Assembly: GCA_951406725.2 (NCBI GenBank)
Contig: OX597819.1
Location: forward strand, 132,866,001-132,930,000
Length of the DNA: 64,000 nucleotides
Direction: 5' to 3'
DNA from: Octopus vulgaris
Taxonomy: Eukaryota
Shown: positions 1 through 12,919 of the stretch, piece after piece
Numbering within the stretch: position 1 is the first letter of the stretch
How the letters are laid out: every line of letters starts with the position of its first letter
Made by a program: the position numbers and the translations under genes
The notes under the pieces: generated by a model
The model's database searches: none
Seen by the model: the letters and a program-made list of their open reading frames with translations, nothing else
What the model was told of the DNA's origin: nothing

Positions 1-208
1 ATTCTGGAATGTGCTGCTTCTCCGGATTTATGTCCCCACCTCACCCCCAAAAAACGATATATATATGTGTGTGTGTGTGTATGTATGTATAGGTTATATA
101 AATATATACGTGCGTTGTATAATGTTGAACGAATGAGAAATTAATACCCAATACATGTAGAGTACATGGCTTTTTTTTGTTTTATTAAAGCTGATGGCAA
201 GATTTTGT

Positions 209-249
209 CTCGCGACTCGAGTTTCACGCGACTGCGATCTTCACGTGAC
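209..249 (-). ncRNA. Degenerate type I hammerhead ribozyme in a PLE-like 3' end
   Basis: Minus strand reads cgtcac-GTGAAGA-t-cgc-agtc-gcg-t-GAAAC-TCGA-GTC-gcgag. C3 is replaced by G and stem I has a mismatch. Stem III loop is palindromic; a TA/TG microsatellite lies nearby. Confidence 0.5.
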
Positions 250-618
250 GCTGATACCATTCGGTATTGGTGGTCTCTACATACACCTAGGGCCTGTGTT
301 TGTTCTTTAAGTCTTTTAGTGGTTGTATGAGTTGTAGCTGTGTTTTAGTGTGTGTGTGTATTTCTTGCAATTGTCGACGGGTGGTGGTGATTGTCTACGG
401 TTGGTAATTTCTTCATGGTAACTTGGTCAACCGGTTGTAGGCGGTTTTCATTCTTTATTTATTCATTGGTTTATGTAATTCTAACGTGTGTGTATGTATA
501 CGAAGAATCTTTCTGTTATGCCGCAATACTAAACAGTGACTGTTTGAGCTACGAAATCCTCTTCGCCACTGTTATGTCGCACGTTCGGATGTCTTCTACT
601 CAACTCTGCTCTTCTACC

Positions 619-847
619 TCTTTCTTTACTGCCCACAAGGGGCTAAACACAGAATGGACAAACAAGGACAGACAAACGGATTAAATCGATTACATCGACC
701 CCAGTACGTAACTGGTACTTATTTAATCGACCCCGAAAGGATGAAAGGCAAAGTCGACCTCGGTGGAATTTGAACTCAGAATGTAACGGCAGACGAAATA
801 CGGCCACGCATTTCGCCCGGCGTGCTAACGATTCTGCCAGCTCACCG
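619..847 (-). mobile_element. tRNA-derived SINE (Meta-domain-like family), full length with 13-bp TSD
   Basis: B-box GAGTTCAAATTCC and core GCCTTTCATCCTTTCGGGGTCGAT on the minus strand. TSD ctgctcttctacc at 606-618 and 848-860. Confidence 0.9.
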
Positions 848-1853
848 CTGCTCTTCTACCGCTACTCTCTCAGCTGATGTCTAGACTTCTCCCTCTATAT
901 CTACGTATTTGACCAGCCTACTTCATCGTCTGGGGGTGTCCTCACAACAATTTCAATCGAATATTTTGTACGGGTAAAAGCGAACCGAGTGAAGTTAAAA
1001 TTTAAACAACGAAAGACAAGAGGAAATTGAGAATTCAGGAATAATATTTCGTCCTGTTTTTATGTTCGGAACCATTACTAAATAGATGCCGATAAAAGTT
1101 AAAAGATAAAAATACATAACGTTCATTTGAAAATAATATCGTGTGGTGAAAATCTTCTTGGCTTTTACTTGAGATGTTAATCGTAGAATATTTTGAATAA
1201 GCATTCACCGGAATATATACGATTTTATGAGCGATAATTAGGGGGGAAAAAAATCCTGAAACAACTACAAACTGTTTGGCTATTATAATTCTTTCCACGG
1301 ATTGCAACATTAAAGCAATTTCATCGATGTAGTGGTCACACTTTGAATGACTACTCAGCATATGATTCAATATTCTCGACTTTATTATAATTACCGTAAT
1401 AGGACACTTAACTTACGTGAAAAGAATTCCAATCATTAAATACATTAGTTTTGTTTTGCTTTTCAGTTTCTCTTCTTTCGCCAATTAACATTATAAAACT
1501 CTCTCTATTCCGATTAACACTTATTCACATTTATTATCTCACCGAATCTAAAACAAAAAGCCTAAAACACTTTCGGAACGTGATTATATTTTAAATGACA
1601 GATAAATTATTTCTATCTTTATGTGGCTCCTCCAGATATTGTAAAATATCTCAGATATTGTATATATAATATCTACTCAGTATATATGTATATATAATTT
1701 CCGTGTCATCCATTAAATTTCCTGAGAAAATCTTTCAGTCACACTATCTGTCTGTACGTGCCATACTGTAATTTTCTCTAGTACTGTATACATATGCACA
1801 CGCATGCGTGCATTAGACACATGCACATATATGCGTACAAATCCCCCCATATA

Positions 1854-1936
<83 letters not shown>

Positions 1937-1937
<1 letters not shown>

Positions 1938-2120
1938 ATCATAATAAGCAACAAGGATATCCAAGGTAGTGTAGATATCCAAGGTAGCTACACTACCTTG
2001 GATATCCTTGTTGCTATTTTGATTATCATCACCCCAATTGATTTCTATGGATAATACCATACCAAATTCTGGTGCCTTTAACTTAAGTACCATATTCATC
2101 TGAATCTAAATTTTGCTGAA

Positions 2121-2173
<53 letters not shown>

Positions 2174-2360
2174 ATAATCATAATAAGCAACAAGGATATC
2201 CAAGGTAGTGTAGATATCCAAGGTAGCTACACTACCTTGGATATCCTTGTTGCTTATTTTGATTATCATCACCCCAATTGATTTCTATGGATAATACCAT
2301 ACCAAATTCTGGTGCCTTTAACTTAAGTACCATATTCATCTGAATCTAAATTTTGCTGAA

Positions 2361-2362
<2 letters not shown>
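1937..2362. repeat. Two near-identical ~186-bp units (1937-2122, 2176-2362), each with a ~28-bp-arm hairpin, separated and flanked by (TA)n
   Basis: Direct sequence identity. Arm aagcaacaaggatatccaaggtagtgtag pairs with ctacactaccttggatatccttgttgct. Confidence 0.9.
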
Positions 2363-2408
<46 letters not shown>

Positions 2409-2812
2409 CAGTGACGATTAGCCACTGCTTCTCTCCTTACATATACTCCTCATTGTCAACAGACAATTGGTTGCCGTCAGAGATTGAGATTTCATTCGTC
2501 AAATTTTGGTCGTGCTGAGTGGAAAAGTACCCCTCTTAACCACGCGTCATTTCTCCTGGCCCCTCAACTCAGAACTTTCTCAATACTGCGCTAAAACTGT
2601 GACAACCACACAGAAATTACTGCTACAACTGATGCTGTTAACGCTGACCCTTGTATTAATCAAGCTAAATTTTTTGTAGGAACGTGTGTGACACCAGTCG
2701 ACTCAGCCCAATCCCGTTTATGAAAGTGTGCCAGACACTGCCTTGCGTATTGTTATACTTTAAGAAAACAACCTCTGGGGCACCAGGCTGGGCCCTTTAC
2801 AATTAACATGTT

Positions 2813-2870
2813 AAGGAAGATGCATTCCAGGGGCCTTTCATTTGAAAGCCCCCTGGAATGCATCTTCCTT
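2813..2870. repeat. Palindrome with 28-bp arms, 1 mismatch and a 2-nt loop
   Basis: aaggaagatgcattccaggggcctttca-tt-tgaaagccccctggaatgcatcttcctt. Confidence 0.9.
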
Positions 2871-3034
2871 TCCAATTCATTCTTCCTGTACCTTGCTTTT
2901 CTTCAAGATGACTTACGGTTCCCCATTCTACAAAATTTTAGACAATTCTTGTTTTCATCAAATCCATTACTTGCTTCGCTTGTAATATTGGTTTCAAACT
3001 TAGGCTCAAGGCCATCAATTTCAAGGTAGGCATT

Positions 3035-3810
3035 AAGTCGATTGCATCGACCCCAGTGTATCAATGGTATTTATTTTATCGACTCCGAAAAGATGAAAGG
3101 CAAAGTCGAGCTCGGCGGAATTTGAACTCAGAACGTAACGACGGACGAAATGCTGCTGAACATTTTTTCCGGCATGATAACAATACTGTCAGCTTGCCGC
3201 CTTACATTTCGCTGGTAATATTAGATATTAAGGGCGGTGAGCTGGCAGACACGTTAGCAAGCCGGGCGAAATGCTTAGCGGTGTTTCGTCTGTCTTTATG
3301 TTCTCAGTTCAAAATTCCGCTGAACTCGACTTTGCCTTTCATAATTTCGGGGTCAATAAATTGAATACCAGTCGCGTACTGGGGTCGATCTAATCGACGC
3401 CCCCCTCCCCCAAAATTTCGGGACTTGTGCCAAGAGTAGAAAAGAATATTAGGAATTAGTATGACAGCGAATTGGCCGAACCGTTAGGACGTCAGGCAAA
3501 ATACTTCGTGGCATTTCGTCCACCTTTACGTTCCGAGTTCGAATTCTGCCGAGGTCGAATTTGCCTTTCATCATTTCGGGGTCGATACAATAAGTACCAG
3601 TGATACACTGGGGTCGATGTAATCAACTTGCTCTCTCTCTCAAAATTGTTAGCCTTGAGTAAAACTTTGAAACCGATGTTAGTTACCAGTAAGGCGGCAA
3701 GCTAGCAGAATCCAAATTACTGGTCAAGTACCAGTAGTACTCTGGGGTCGATGTAATTGATTAGTCCCCCCTGTACCTCAAAATTACTGGCCTTGTGCTG
3801 AAATTTGAAG
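3035..3810. mobile_element. Cluster of four Meta-like tRNA-SINE copies (one minus at ~3035-3203, then plus-strand copies)
   Basis: Repeated gttcaaattccgc..gtcgactttgcctttcat..ggggtcgat..agtaccagt motif in both orientations. Confidence 0.85.
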
Positions 3811-4661
3811 TTATAAATAATTCGTTTGTGCTTTGTTTTAAATTGGTGTTACTATTTTTTGCATCCCTTTTAAATGAGACACGTATTTGCTAGGATAGTC
3901 TAATCTCCAGTTCTCGCTCCGCCATAAGACCGAACTCTCTTGTACTTGCTCGAAACATTGTTTACAAATCATGAAAAATATAAACAATGTTCTACAACAA
4001 AGCATGGTTTAGAAAATGACTATTTTTAAATCTCACAACGAGAGATATTCAGCAACAGTAGTTTGGAGTAAAGATTGTTTGCCAACATAACATGGCAGTC
4101 CTGGTTTAGGATGAATGTTGCTGTAATTTAGCCCCAGGAGACATTGTCTCCAGCTGGCTATACGACACGATCTGCGTCCTTGTATTTTAGAACAAGGGAA
4201 TCTGGTACCCCTACTCAGCTCAAAACAATATCTGTGTATCGCGATTTCCGGGTTATTTTCTCGACCGAAATATACGGGTAGAAAGGGTGAGCAGTAAAAT
4301 GTTTGAAAATTATCTTTAGAGTCAAATATCACAAAGGGTATTTTGTGCATTGATTATAATCCGAGGCGCACGATCGCATTCAATGATAATGCTGATGTTG
4401 ATGGTGATGGTAGTGATGACGATAATAAGAAGGTGGAAGATGAGGAGGAGGGAGAAGAATGTGAGGAGGATTCATAATAATGTTGACATTGTAACAGCAA
4501 AGTCAGTTGAGAAACAGTGAAGAGGCTGTAGCTGACGAGTTGTGACACTAAAGGCAGTTGAAACTGTAGTGGAAGGTGAATTAATGGAGGAATAAGAGGG
4601 AACAGTTCTAGGAACAGTATTGGTGTCGGTGGTTTTAACAACGGTATTGGTAGCTACTAAC

Positions 4662-4888
4662 GGCGAGTTGGCAGAAACGTTAGCACGCCGGGCGAAATTC
4701 TTAGCGGTATTTCGTCTGCGTTACGTTGTGAGTTCAAATTCCGCCGAGGTCGACTTTGCCTTTCATCCTTTCGGGGTCGATAAATTAAGTACCAGTTACG
4801 CACTAGGGTCGATGTAATCGACTTAATACCTATGTCTGTCCTTGTTTGTCCCCTCTGTGTTTAGCCCCTTGTGGGTAATAAAGAAATA
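4662..4888 (+). mobile_element. Meta-like tRNA-SINE, full length with 19-bp TSD
   Basis: A-box-like TGGCAGAAACGTTAG and B-box GAGTTCAAATTCC. TSD ggtattggtagctactaac at 4643-4661 and 4889-4907. Confidence 0.92.
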
Positions 4889-5768
4889 GGTATTGGTAGC
4901 TACTAACAAAGCAATGCATCAGTAATTAATAGCAACAACACCAGCAATTAATAGCAACAATAGCAACAGCACGAAACACACTCAGCCTCACTGGCCTTGG
5001 TTTTATCTACGCTGCTACAGAGATATATTTACAGCTTCTATAATAAGGCGCGAGAGATGAAACAGAAAACGTGATAGGAAAAGAAAGAAGAACGAAGGTG
5101 ATACTTGGAGGTAATAGGTACAATGACAAGAATAGACGCAATTGCGAGCGAACATGAATAACGGAATAAGTAGCCAAGTGAAATCACATTTTACTACTAC
5201 AGTAATATTAACGTCAGTGGCAATACATAAGAAGTTTTAAATGACAGCAACAGCCAGAGTTTTCAGCAAATGCTTGCAACATCAATTATCATAACAGTAA
5301 ATGTAAACAGCATGTGTAACGAGTGTAAGATAAGGAAAGTGTAGCAGTCGTAAAATGTAGAACAAATTGTAATGGCGTACGTTGCCGCGAAAGAAGTTAT
5401 AAGAGAAATGAGAACAACAGTGAAAACTAGCAGCAGTAGGAACTGCATCAGTAACCGAAAGTGCAGCAGTAATAGGGCAAAGCATAGCGAAAATCTAATA
5501 TAAATAACATTAGTAAGAGTGGCTTTAAACGATAGCACTAACTTTGCAAATAACTACATACACACAAAAAAAAAAAAGAAAACCTTCTGGTGCAACGATC
5601 ACAATAGCAACATCGTTCTCAACAAGCTATAAAATTTATAACATCAAGGTTTGAAATACTGAACAAATGTGGTGGGGAAAGAAGGGCTTTCTTTTTTCGA
5701 CTTCTGATTCTTTTAATCTTTTATTTTGTCTTGGGCTGGTGGTGAGAATGGCTCACATGATCGAACAC

Positions 5769-6510
5769 TATGTTATTTGATCAATAAGTATCCGCACTGT
5801 TGCCATAGTAACGAAGCTAAAGGACGCAGAGTGAAGCCGCTTGAAACAGATTGACCTCGAATTCTGATGTGCATGCGCACTAAGTTTTTACATTTTAGCT
5901 CGCTTTCCTTGTTTACAGCAGTGCTTGGAAGGAAGATGTGTAGCGTGTGTTCATCGCATTGACCATGACAGAGAAATTTGAGCAGAGAATCTGCATCAAA
6001 TTTTACCAAAAGCTTGGCGATACCTGCTCAGAAGCCTACGCAAAGTTTTCAAAAAGGCTTTAATCGTTATCGACACAATCAAGGAGATTTTATGCAACTG
6101 AAACCCGAGTGTCTTCTTGGTCAGCTGAAAGCAGTTTTCGCACAAATTTGGTCGACACTCGTCTCATTCCCAAATCTTCAGGGATAATGGACTGAACTGA
6201 ATTGTAACTAATCTGCACATCCTCTGATAACTCATACACTCCCCTCTCCATACACTTTCTGCAACTTCGCGCTGGCCTCTGAACAGATATCGCCATAACA
6301 ACTTCCTCTGTCATGGTCAATGTGACAATCACATGCTACACACCTTCCTTCCAAGCACTGCTGTAAACAGTGGAAGTGAGCTAGAATGTTAAAGCTTAGT
6401 GCGCATGCACAGCAGAGCTCAAGGTCAATTTTTGCCAAACGGCTTCACTCTGCGTGATTTAGCTAAGTTACTATGGCAACAGCCCGTATATTGATTGATC
6501 ATACCTCGTA
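5769..6510. mobile_element. Fold-back non-autonomous mariner made of two inverted 5' ends
   Basis: The right end reads TACGAGGTATGATCA on the minus strand, and the ~250-bp arms are imperfect inverted repeats. Plus strand gives MTEKFEQRICIKFYQKLGDTCSEAYAK; minus strand gives EDLGMRRVSTKFVRKLLSADQ (mariner HTH and WVPHEL-equivalent linker). Confidence 0.85.
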
Positions 6511-7597
6511 TATATATATATATATATCAATAATACTAAAACTCTAGAAATGTTTGTGTGTACCCAAAGTATCTCAGAAATAGTATATTTTATCTTGATT
6601 TTTTTTACATATTTATTTTCATACTTACCTTAGGCAGTGCAGTACAAATTCTTATGATATGTGGACCTCTATTCAAACAATTAAACACAATTTTTATTTG
6701 TTATTTGTTGACGAAAAAAAACATAGCTTCCGTGACATCAACACACTGACACACATACAGAATACACACACATATAAGAATGTCACGGTCCCAATCGACA
6801 CAAACACAAGTCCGTTATCTGTAACATACACACACACATAGTCTTCGCGTTCTCTAAGAAAAAAACTTCGAGCTATTGATGTACACAATACTTTAAACCT
6901 TTAGAAATAGTCTTAAGTGAATGTGATTTCATCATCCGGAGTTCGTTAATTTCCGTAAACATTTTAAATTTATTTACTTTTGTTTTAAAGTGAAAGAGAG
7001 GAGAAAATGAAAGATGTATGTAGGTGTATATGAAATGGAGGTGTGCGTGTGAAACAGACGGAGAGAAAGAGAGAGAGAGAGAGAAAGAGAGAGAAAGAAA
7101 GAGAGATAGAGAGTGAGTGAAGGGGTGTGTTGTCATGTATACATACGTACATCAATACATATGCGTACATATTTTTTGTACGTACATGTGCATGTGTGTG
7201 TATGTATAAGAGAGAGAGAGAGAGAGAGAGAGAGCGAACGTGTGTGTTCTCATATATAAGTGTCTCTCTCTCTCGCTCTCTCTCTCACACACACACACGT
7301 CCATTTCATATACCCGTTCATACATTTTTCACTTTCTCCTCACTTTCACTTTAAAACGAAAGTAACAGGTGATTTTCAGGATGGAAATTGTTAAGAAAAA
7401 GCATTTACTCACGTAAAATTTGCACTCAAAACTTTTCAGAATTGCCGATATTGTCAGGGAGAAAAGGTTTTAAATTTAGCTGTATTTAGCATAATTTCAC
7501 TTACTTATTTTATTATTATATTATTAAATGTTGAATAGATTTAAGCCATTATTTTTTCTGTAAATCCTATTCTGATATTGAATGAGTCAACTTCCAG

Positions 7598-7775
7598 TGA
7601 AGATTTGGGTATGAGATATGTGTCTGCCAAATTTTTGCGAAAACTGCATTCAGCTGACCAAGAAGACACTCGGGTTTCAGTTGCATAAAATCTCCTTGAT
7701 TGTGTCGATAACGATTAAAGCCTTTTTGAAAACTTTGCGTAGGCTTCTGAGCAGGTATCGCCAAGCTTTTGGCAA
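7598..7775 (+). mobile_element. Fragment of the same fold-back mariner, inverted relative to ~6001-6180
   Basis: Reverse-complement match that includes the fold-back junction gaaaactttgcgtaggcttctgagcagg. Confidence 0.85.
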
Positions 7776-8086
7776 ATGTTTACTTCCGGTACAAATGTTT
7801 ACATTTTGTAACTCAGACTTTTTGACGTACACACACACACACACACACACACACTGACGTCTACGTCAGTGTGTATGTGTGTGTGTGTTAGCGGAGACTA
7901 CCTATAGTTTTATCATTTCAGATTTTATTCTGTTTCATTCAGTTCTAATCGCTTTGTTGTTTTGATTTAATAAACCCTGATAGATTATGCCACGTAGAAA
8001 GAGATGGTGGATGATCGTGGTCAAGAGGTGATGCCAAAAGGCGTCGGGAAGCAGCAAGGGCAAGGAGACAACAGGAAACGGCTGAG

Positions 8087-8671
8087 ATGATGGCAGAACG
8101 ACGACAGGATAATAGAGTCACGCAACAAAGAAGGAGGCAAGGAGAGACTGAGGAAGAGAGGAATGCACGTCTCCAGGATGTGAGACAAAGAACAAATGGC
8201 AGAAGACTTGAAGAAATGCCCGAGATGAGGTCTGCACGACTCTTGAACAACAGGGTGAGGAAAGAAAGAAGGACAGAGGGAGCACTGGAAGGAAATGGAT
8301 CAACTCTTTCTGCCGGTGTAGGTGTGATGAATAAAATATGCTTTTACTGTTGTGCATCCTTATTCCATGGCGAAACTGCAAATTTCTGCTGCATGAAGGG
8401 AAGAGTTTGTACTGGCACTTTACAACCTGTGCCAAATGAACTTATCCATTTATACAACAGTGATGACCATCTTGCAAGAGAATTCAGGAAGAACCTCAGA
8501 CAGTACAACTGCCTCTTCCGAACAGTGAGAAAAAAGTTATTCCTAAAAGAAACAAACGGAATCCCTCCGTTGTCACTCATTGCCAGATCCACCACTGTAT
8601 CAGACATTTACTCACAATGTTCTTCAGACATCAAATTAATTACTATTGTTTGGATAGTTCCAATTAAATAA
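8087..8671 (+). pseudogene. Helitron Rep/helicase N-terminal fragment (charged repeats plus Cys-rich zinc motif)
   Basis: ETEEERNARL repeats followed by MNKICFYCCASLFHGETANFCCMKGRV..LQPVPNELIHL..EFRKNLRQYNCLF, matching the Helitron pattern C..C.A..F..E...CC..G.V..F..NIR.YN..F. Frameshifted and truncated afterwards. Confidence 0.8.
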
Positions 8672-8841
8672 GTCCAGATGTTAGGTTACATATATATGCA
8701 TGCATAAGTAACATGAATTCCGATTCTGCAAACTGGCAAACAATTCCGTGGATATCTTTCCGGTCAACGCTGGGGAGTAAGTCTAGTATATATATACACA
8801 AATATGTATAAATATGTGTGTGTATTGTATTTACATATTTC

Positions 8842-8914
<73 letters not shown>

Positions 8915-10481
8915 CATATCTTGCGTGTACAGTTAGATGTATGCTTACTACTGTATGAGACAGAGCTCTACGTAGATTATCAACATCCATTCAAGCGCCA
9001 GGAACGTGGGTTGTCAACCACTGTACTTAGCAGTGTTTCTGCTTACGATATACAGAGCCTATGCAGCGGAAATCCAGATAAACACTAGTATAAATATTTA
9101 GTTCCTACATATGATTCACCATTGCAGTTAAATGGAACTTAGCACTGGATGTTCCAAGTCCATTTGGTTGCCTAACCTCGAGTAGGTCATCAAGGGAACA
9201 TTTTATTGCTTTCTTGTGACAGGGAACTAATATATCTTCTCTCCTGATGATCCAATGCTGTTAGGTATCCAAATGCGCTTCGAACCTCGTATGTTGAGTT
9301 CACTGTAATGGTGAAACTTAATTAAGAACTAATATCCACAGTTGTATTTGTCTTAATTTTCCACTACATATGTTCTCCCCCCTCTCTGTCTCTCTTTATG
9401 TATATATGTATATGTGTGTGTGTTTGTGAATTCACATATACAAACACAATGGCATAAATATTCCGAACCAACAAACATACAAATATACATCGATAGCAAT
9501 TTTAAAATTTACCACACTGTTATACATAGTTCCCTGCCAAAACATAAATATTTTGATATTCACAGCAGGTCAATTGTGATTACATACCGTCTCTCCTCCG
9601 CCGAAAAAATAGTGTCACAAACTGGATATCCTTTCGTTGGACAGCATAAAGATAAGCTGTAGGCCAGCTAAATCCAAAATAAGTTTTTCTTTCTTAGTAA
9701 AAGCTACTTTTTGAGGGTCGATTCCACATAAGTGGAACCCCATGAGCATCAATTTCCTCTTCACTGAAAAACAGATTTAAGTTTTCGACAAAACGAAACG
9801 AATTTCTTAATTGTCTTACGTTTAACTGAATCTACAACATCGTTTTATTAATGAGGTATTCGTCGGTTCTCAATATTGTCTTCGGCAAATCTTGCAGCGG
9901 TTAAATGAAGAATTCTTCCATTCCACATGGGAATTGATAAATGAAGAACCATAATTCTAAACCGAATGAAGTATTCTTTCAATTGGTTGATATTGATATT
10001 TGCCATCCAATCACCAGCGGCTCATATTACAGCGACAGGGCACAAAATAACTTCTGTTCCACTTACTTGGTCAGAAATGAGGGGAAAAAAGAAGAGAATT
10101 ACTTGATCAAGAATCAAACTAATTATTGGAAATTGACGATTAGATGTTGAATAGTTTTCACTGTGGAGATCGATTCTTGTCAGACGAAATTAAAGAAATA
10201 AATGAATGAGCGAATAATGGATTGAAATGTTGAAGTAGCATTGTTGAAACATCGTCGTTTGACCCTCATCTTACTCGTATGAAGAATCAGATGCTTGGTG
10301 CCTGCCATTCTCACAATTACAGAAATCACGCACTTATCGCTTACTGAATCGTAACGATGTCAATGAATCGATATCAAATCACAATGAAATTTAATTATGA
10401 CTGTTATTAATTTATTAATGTTGTATCCAACTGTTAAATCTGTGTTAGATCGAATATTTACCGTTATTAGTACTGCCATTA

Positions 10482-10546
<65 letters not shown>

Positions 10547-11519
10547 GGTTGGTGTATGTATCGATGGCGATTTTAGGTAAGTAATTATCTACGTACACAA
10601 AGGAATGTATCCAGTTAGTGAGACTGAATAAATTGAGTCGGGTGGAAATGAGAAAACTGGGAGCGATGGAGTGAGAGGAAAAAAGGAAGATGGAAGACGA
10701 AAAGTAAGAAAAGAGAATCCAAAAGACATCAAGTCAATGATGAGACTGATAAGAAGAGGAATGGAGAAAATGTGGGTGGCGGGGGTGGAGTAATTGACTG
10801 AAAGAACAGAAAGTGGCAGATGAAATGAGAGGAATTCAATAAGAATGAGAAAGAGAATGAGAGAGAGAGAGTGAAAGGGGGGGAGGAAAAAAGAAATGAG
10901 ACGGCTAAGGAGAGGAAGGCGTTAAGAAGCACAAGAAATAAGTAGAAGTGAGAATCTGTGTGTGTCTGTTGTAAGTCTGTTGTGTGTGTGTGTGTGTGTT
11001 ATAGATTTTTTAATCAATATCCAGCTTATTAGAGTTTTAAATGAAAAGTTGTCGATTATACGAGAAGCGGAAGGAAGTTGCGTTGCTGGGTGAAGAAATG
11101 TTCATGTCAACGGAAATATGGTTTCTTACAACACAACAGAAATAATTATGCTGTAGTGATTTTTGTAACATATGAGGTGGAAATGTTTTAAACCTTTAGA
11201 ATTGATATTCCATAAATTATATTACCATTTCCAGGACTTCTCTCCATTATTTCCAAATAAAGAAGAATGGGGAATCTTTAACTGCTGTTGATACAGTCAC
11301 TGATTTAAAGAATATACCATTTTACTAATTCTTAAAGTACACTTAAAGTGGTTTTAACTTCTTGAAGTAATATTACAAAATTTAACAGCTCAGTTATAGT
11401 TTACTAAACGACAGTATGTGATTTGAGGCAGGTTTGGTTGCGTTTTCTAGCAGGTCGTACATAAAGGTACTGTCACAGGAAAACGTTCTTGGAGCTTTAA
11501 ATACATCAGAGGTTAAAAT

Positions 11520-11720
11520 TCGTCAGCACGCCGGGCATCCTGCTTACGAGCGTTTCGTTTATCTTTACGTTCTGTGTTCGAATTCCGCCAAGGTCGACTT
11601 TGCTTTTCATCCTTTCGGAGTCGATAAAACAAGTACCCGTTGAGCATTGGGGGTCGATGTAATCGGCTTAGCCCCTCCCCTCAAATTGTTGGCCTTTGTA
11701 CTAAAAAATTTGAAAGCAAT
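11520..11720 (+). mobile_element. Meta-like tRNA-SINE
   Basis: gttcgaattccgccaaggtcgactttgcttttcatcctttcggagtcgataaaacaagtacc. Confidence 0.8.
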
Positions 11721-12604
11721 ATCAGTTGTTAAACTGTTTTAAAAATATTTTCTGCCACAACATTGGTTGTTGTGGTTTTAGAATTGTTGACGGATACAAT
11801 TACTTCAAGGCTGGCTATGCATTACATCAATTGTCGTCATAGCAACCTCATTCCTATTTGAAATTAAGGGTGGGCGTCGAGGCTAAATCTAGGAAACAGT
11901 TATATAATTTACGTGAAATCAATTTTAAAAAGTTTAAGATATTTCATCTTAAACGTTAGAAAATAAAGTCTGAAAATAAAGTCTGAAAGTACAGAGGGGA
12001 TGGTCATGGTAGGAATATGTTCTATCATCGATATTTCCCCTCAGTGGCGAGGCTACAGTAGCGACAGCAGCAGCAGCAACAACAACCTCATACATGTCGA
12101 TTTCTTAAAGAGGTACAGATCGCAAATGTAGTAGAAAAAGGAAATTAGATATTTTGTGAAAGTAAAAAAAAACATGGCCGGCTTTAAATGCTGCGAGGGT
12201 AAAAATGTGTGAGAAATGTGGAAATGTAAAGCTACGGGGATAATATTTCGAATCTGCTTAACACGTGGATAATGCAAATCCTACGATGCAAGTGGCGGAG
12301 CTTGACCGGTTATCGATTAGAATTGAATGTTTTGCGATCGAAATTGTTGTGTAGTCAGGTATTGTTGGATGATGTTCTTTAATTCGACAATAATCAGGCG
12401 TTCGATGGTGGGAAAGTCGGAGATAAATTGGTAAGGACTGTGTTTAGATGTAAGAAAAAAAAAGGTCCAAAAACTATTTGGAATGTCGGATTACCGTTGC
12501 AAACTATGGCAGAATCAAAAGGAACACGGGCAGGAAATGTATGAATTATATCCTTTCTACTAAAGATATTTTTGCGTAAGGGGAGTGAATTGATAAAATG
12601 AACC

Positions 12605-12750
12605 CTATGATCAATTAGTACTTATTTTATCGACCTCGCGAGGATGAAAGGCGAAGTTGACCTCGGCGGAATTTGAACTCAGAACATAATGACAGACGAA
12701 ATGCCACTGAGCATTTTGTCCAGCGTACTAACGATTCCGCCAGTTTGCCT
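12605..12750 (-). mobile_element. Meta-like tRNA-SINE
   Basis: gatgaaaggcgaagttgacctcggcggaatttgaactcag. Confidence 0.8.
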
Positions 12751-12919
12751 TGAATGTGTTAGCCCTACTAGCAAGTGTTATCCTGCAATCTTTGGCAGAA
12801 TCGTTAGTACGGTATTTGTAACAGCTCTTTACGTTCGGAGTCCAAATAGCACCTAAGTCCACATTGCTTTCCATCCCTCCGCAGTCAAGTTATTGGGATC
12901 AGTGTAAACCCTGTCCCCT

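Larger units (their letters stand above)
6527..8786 (+). mobile_element. Internally deleted Helitron (~2.26 kb)
   Basis: A|TC start inside the (TA)n tract. 3' end ccggtcaacgctggg..gtCTAG|T resembles the terminus of the 44168 Helitron. Carries a Rep/Hel N-terminal ORF. The 5' boundary is less certain. Confidence 0.6.
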
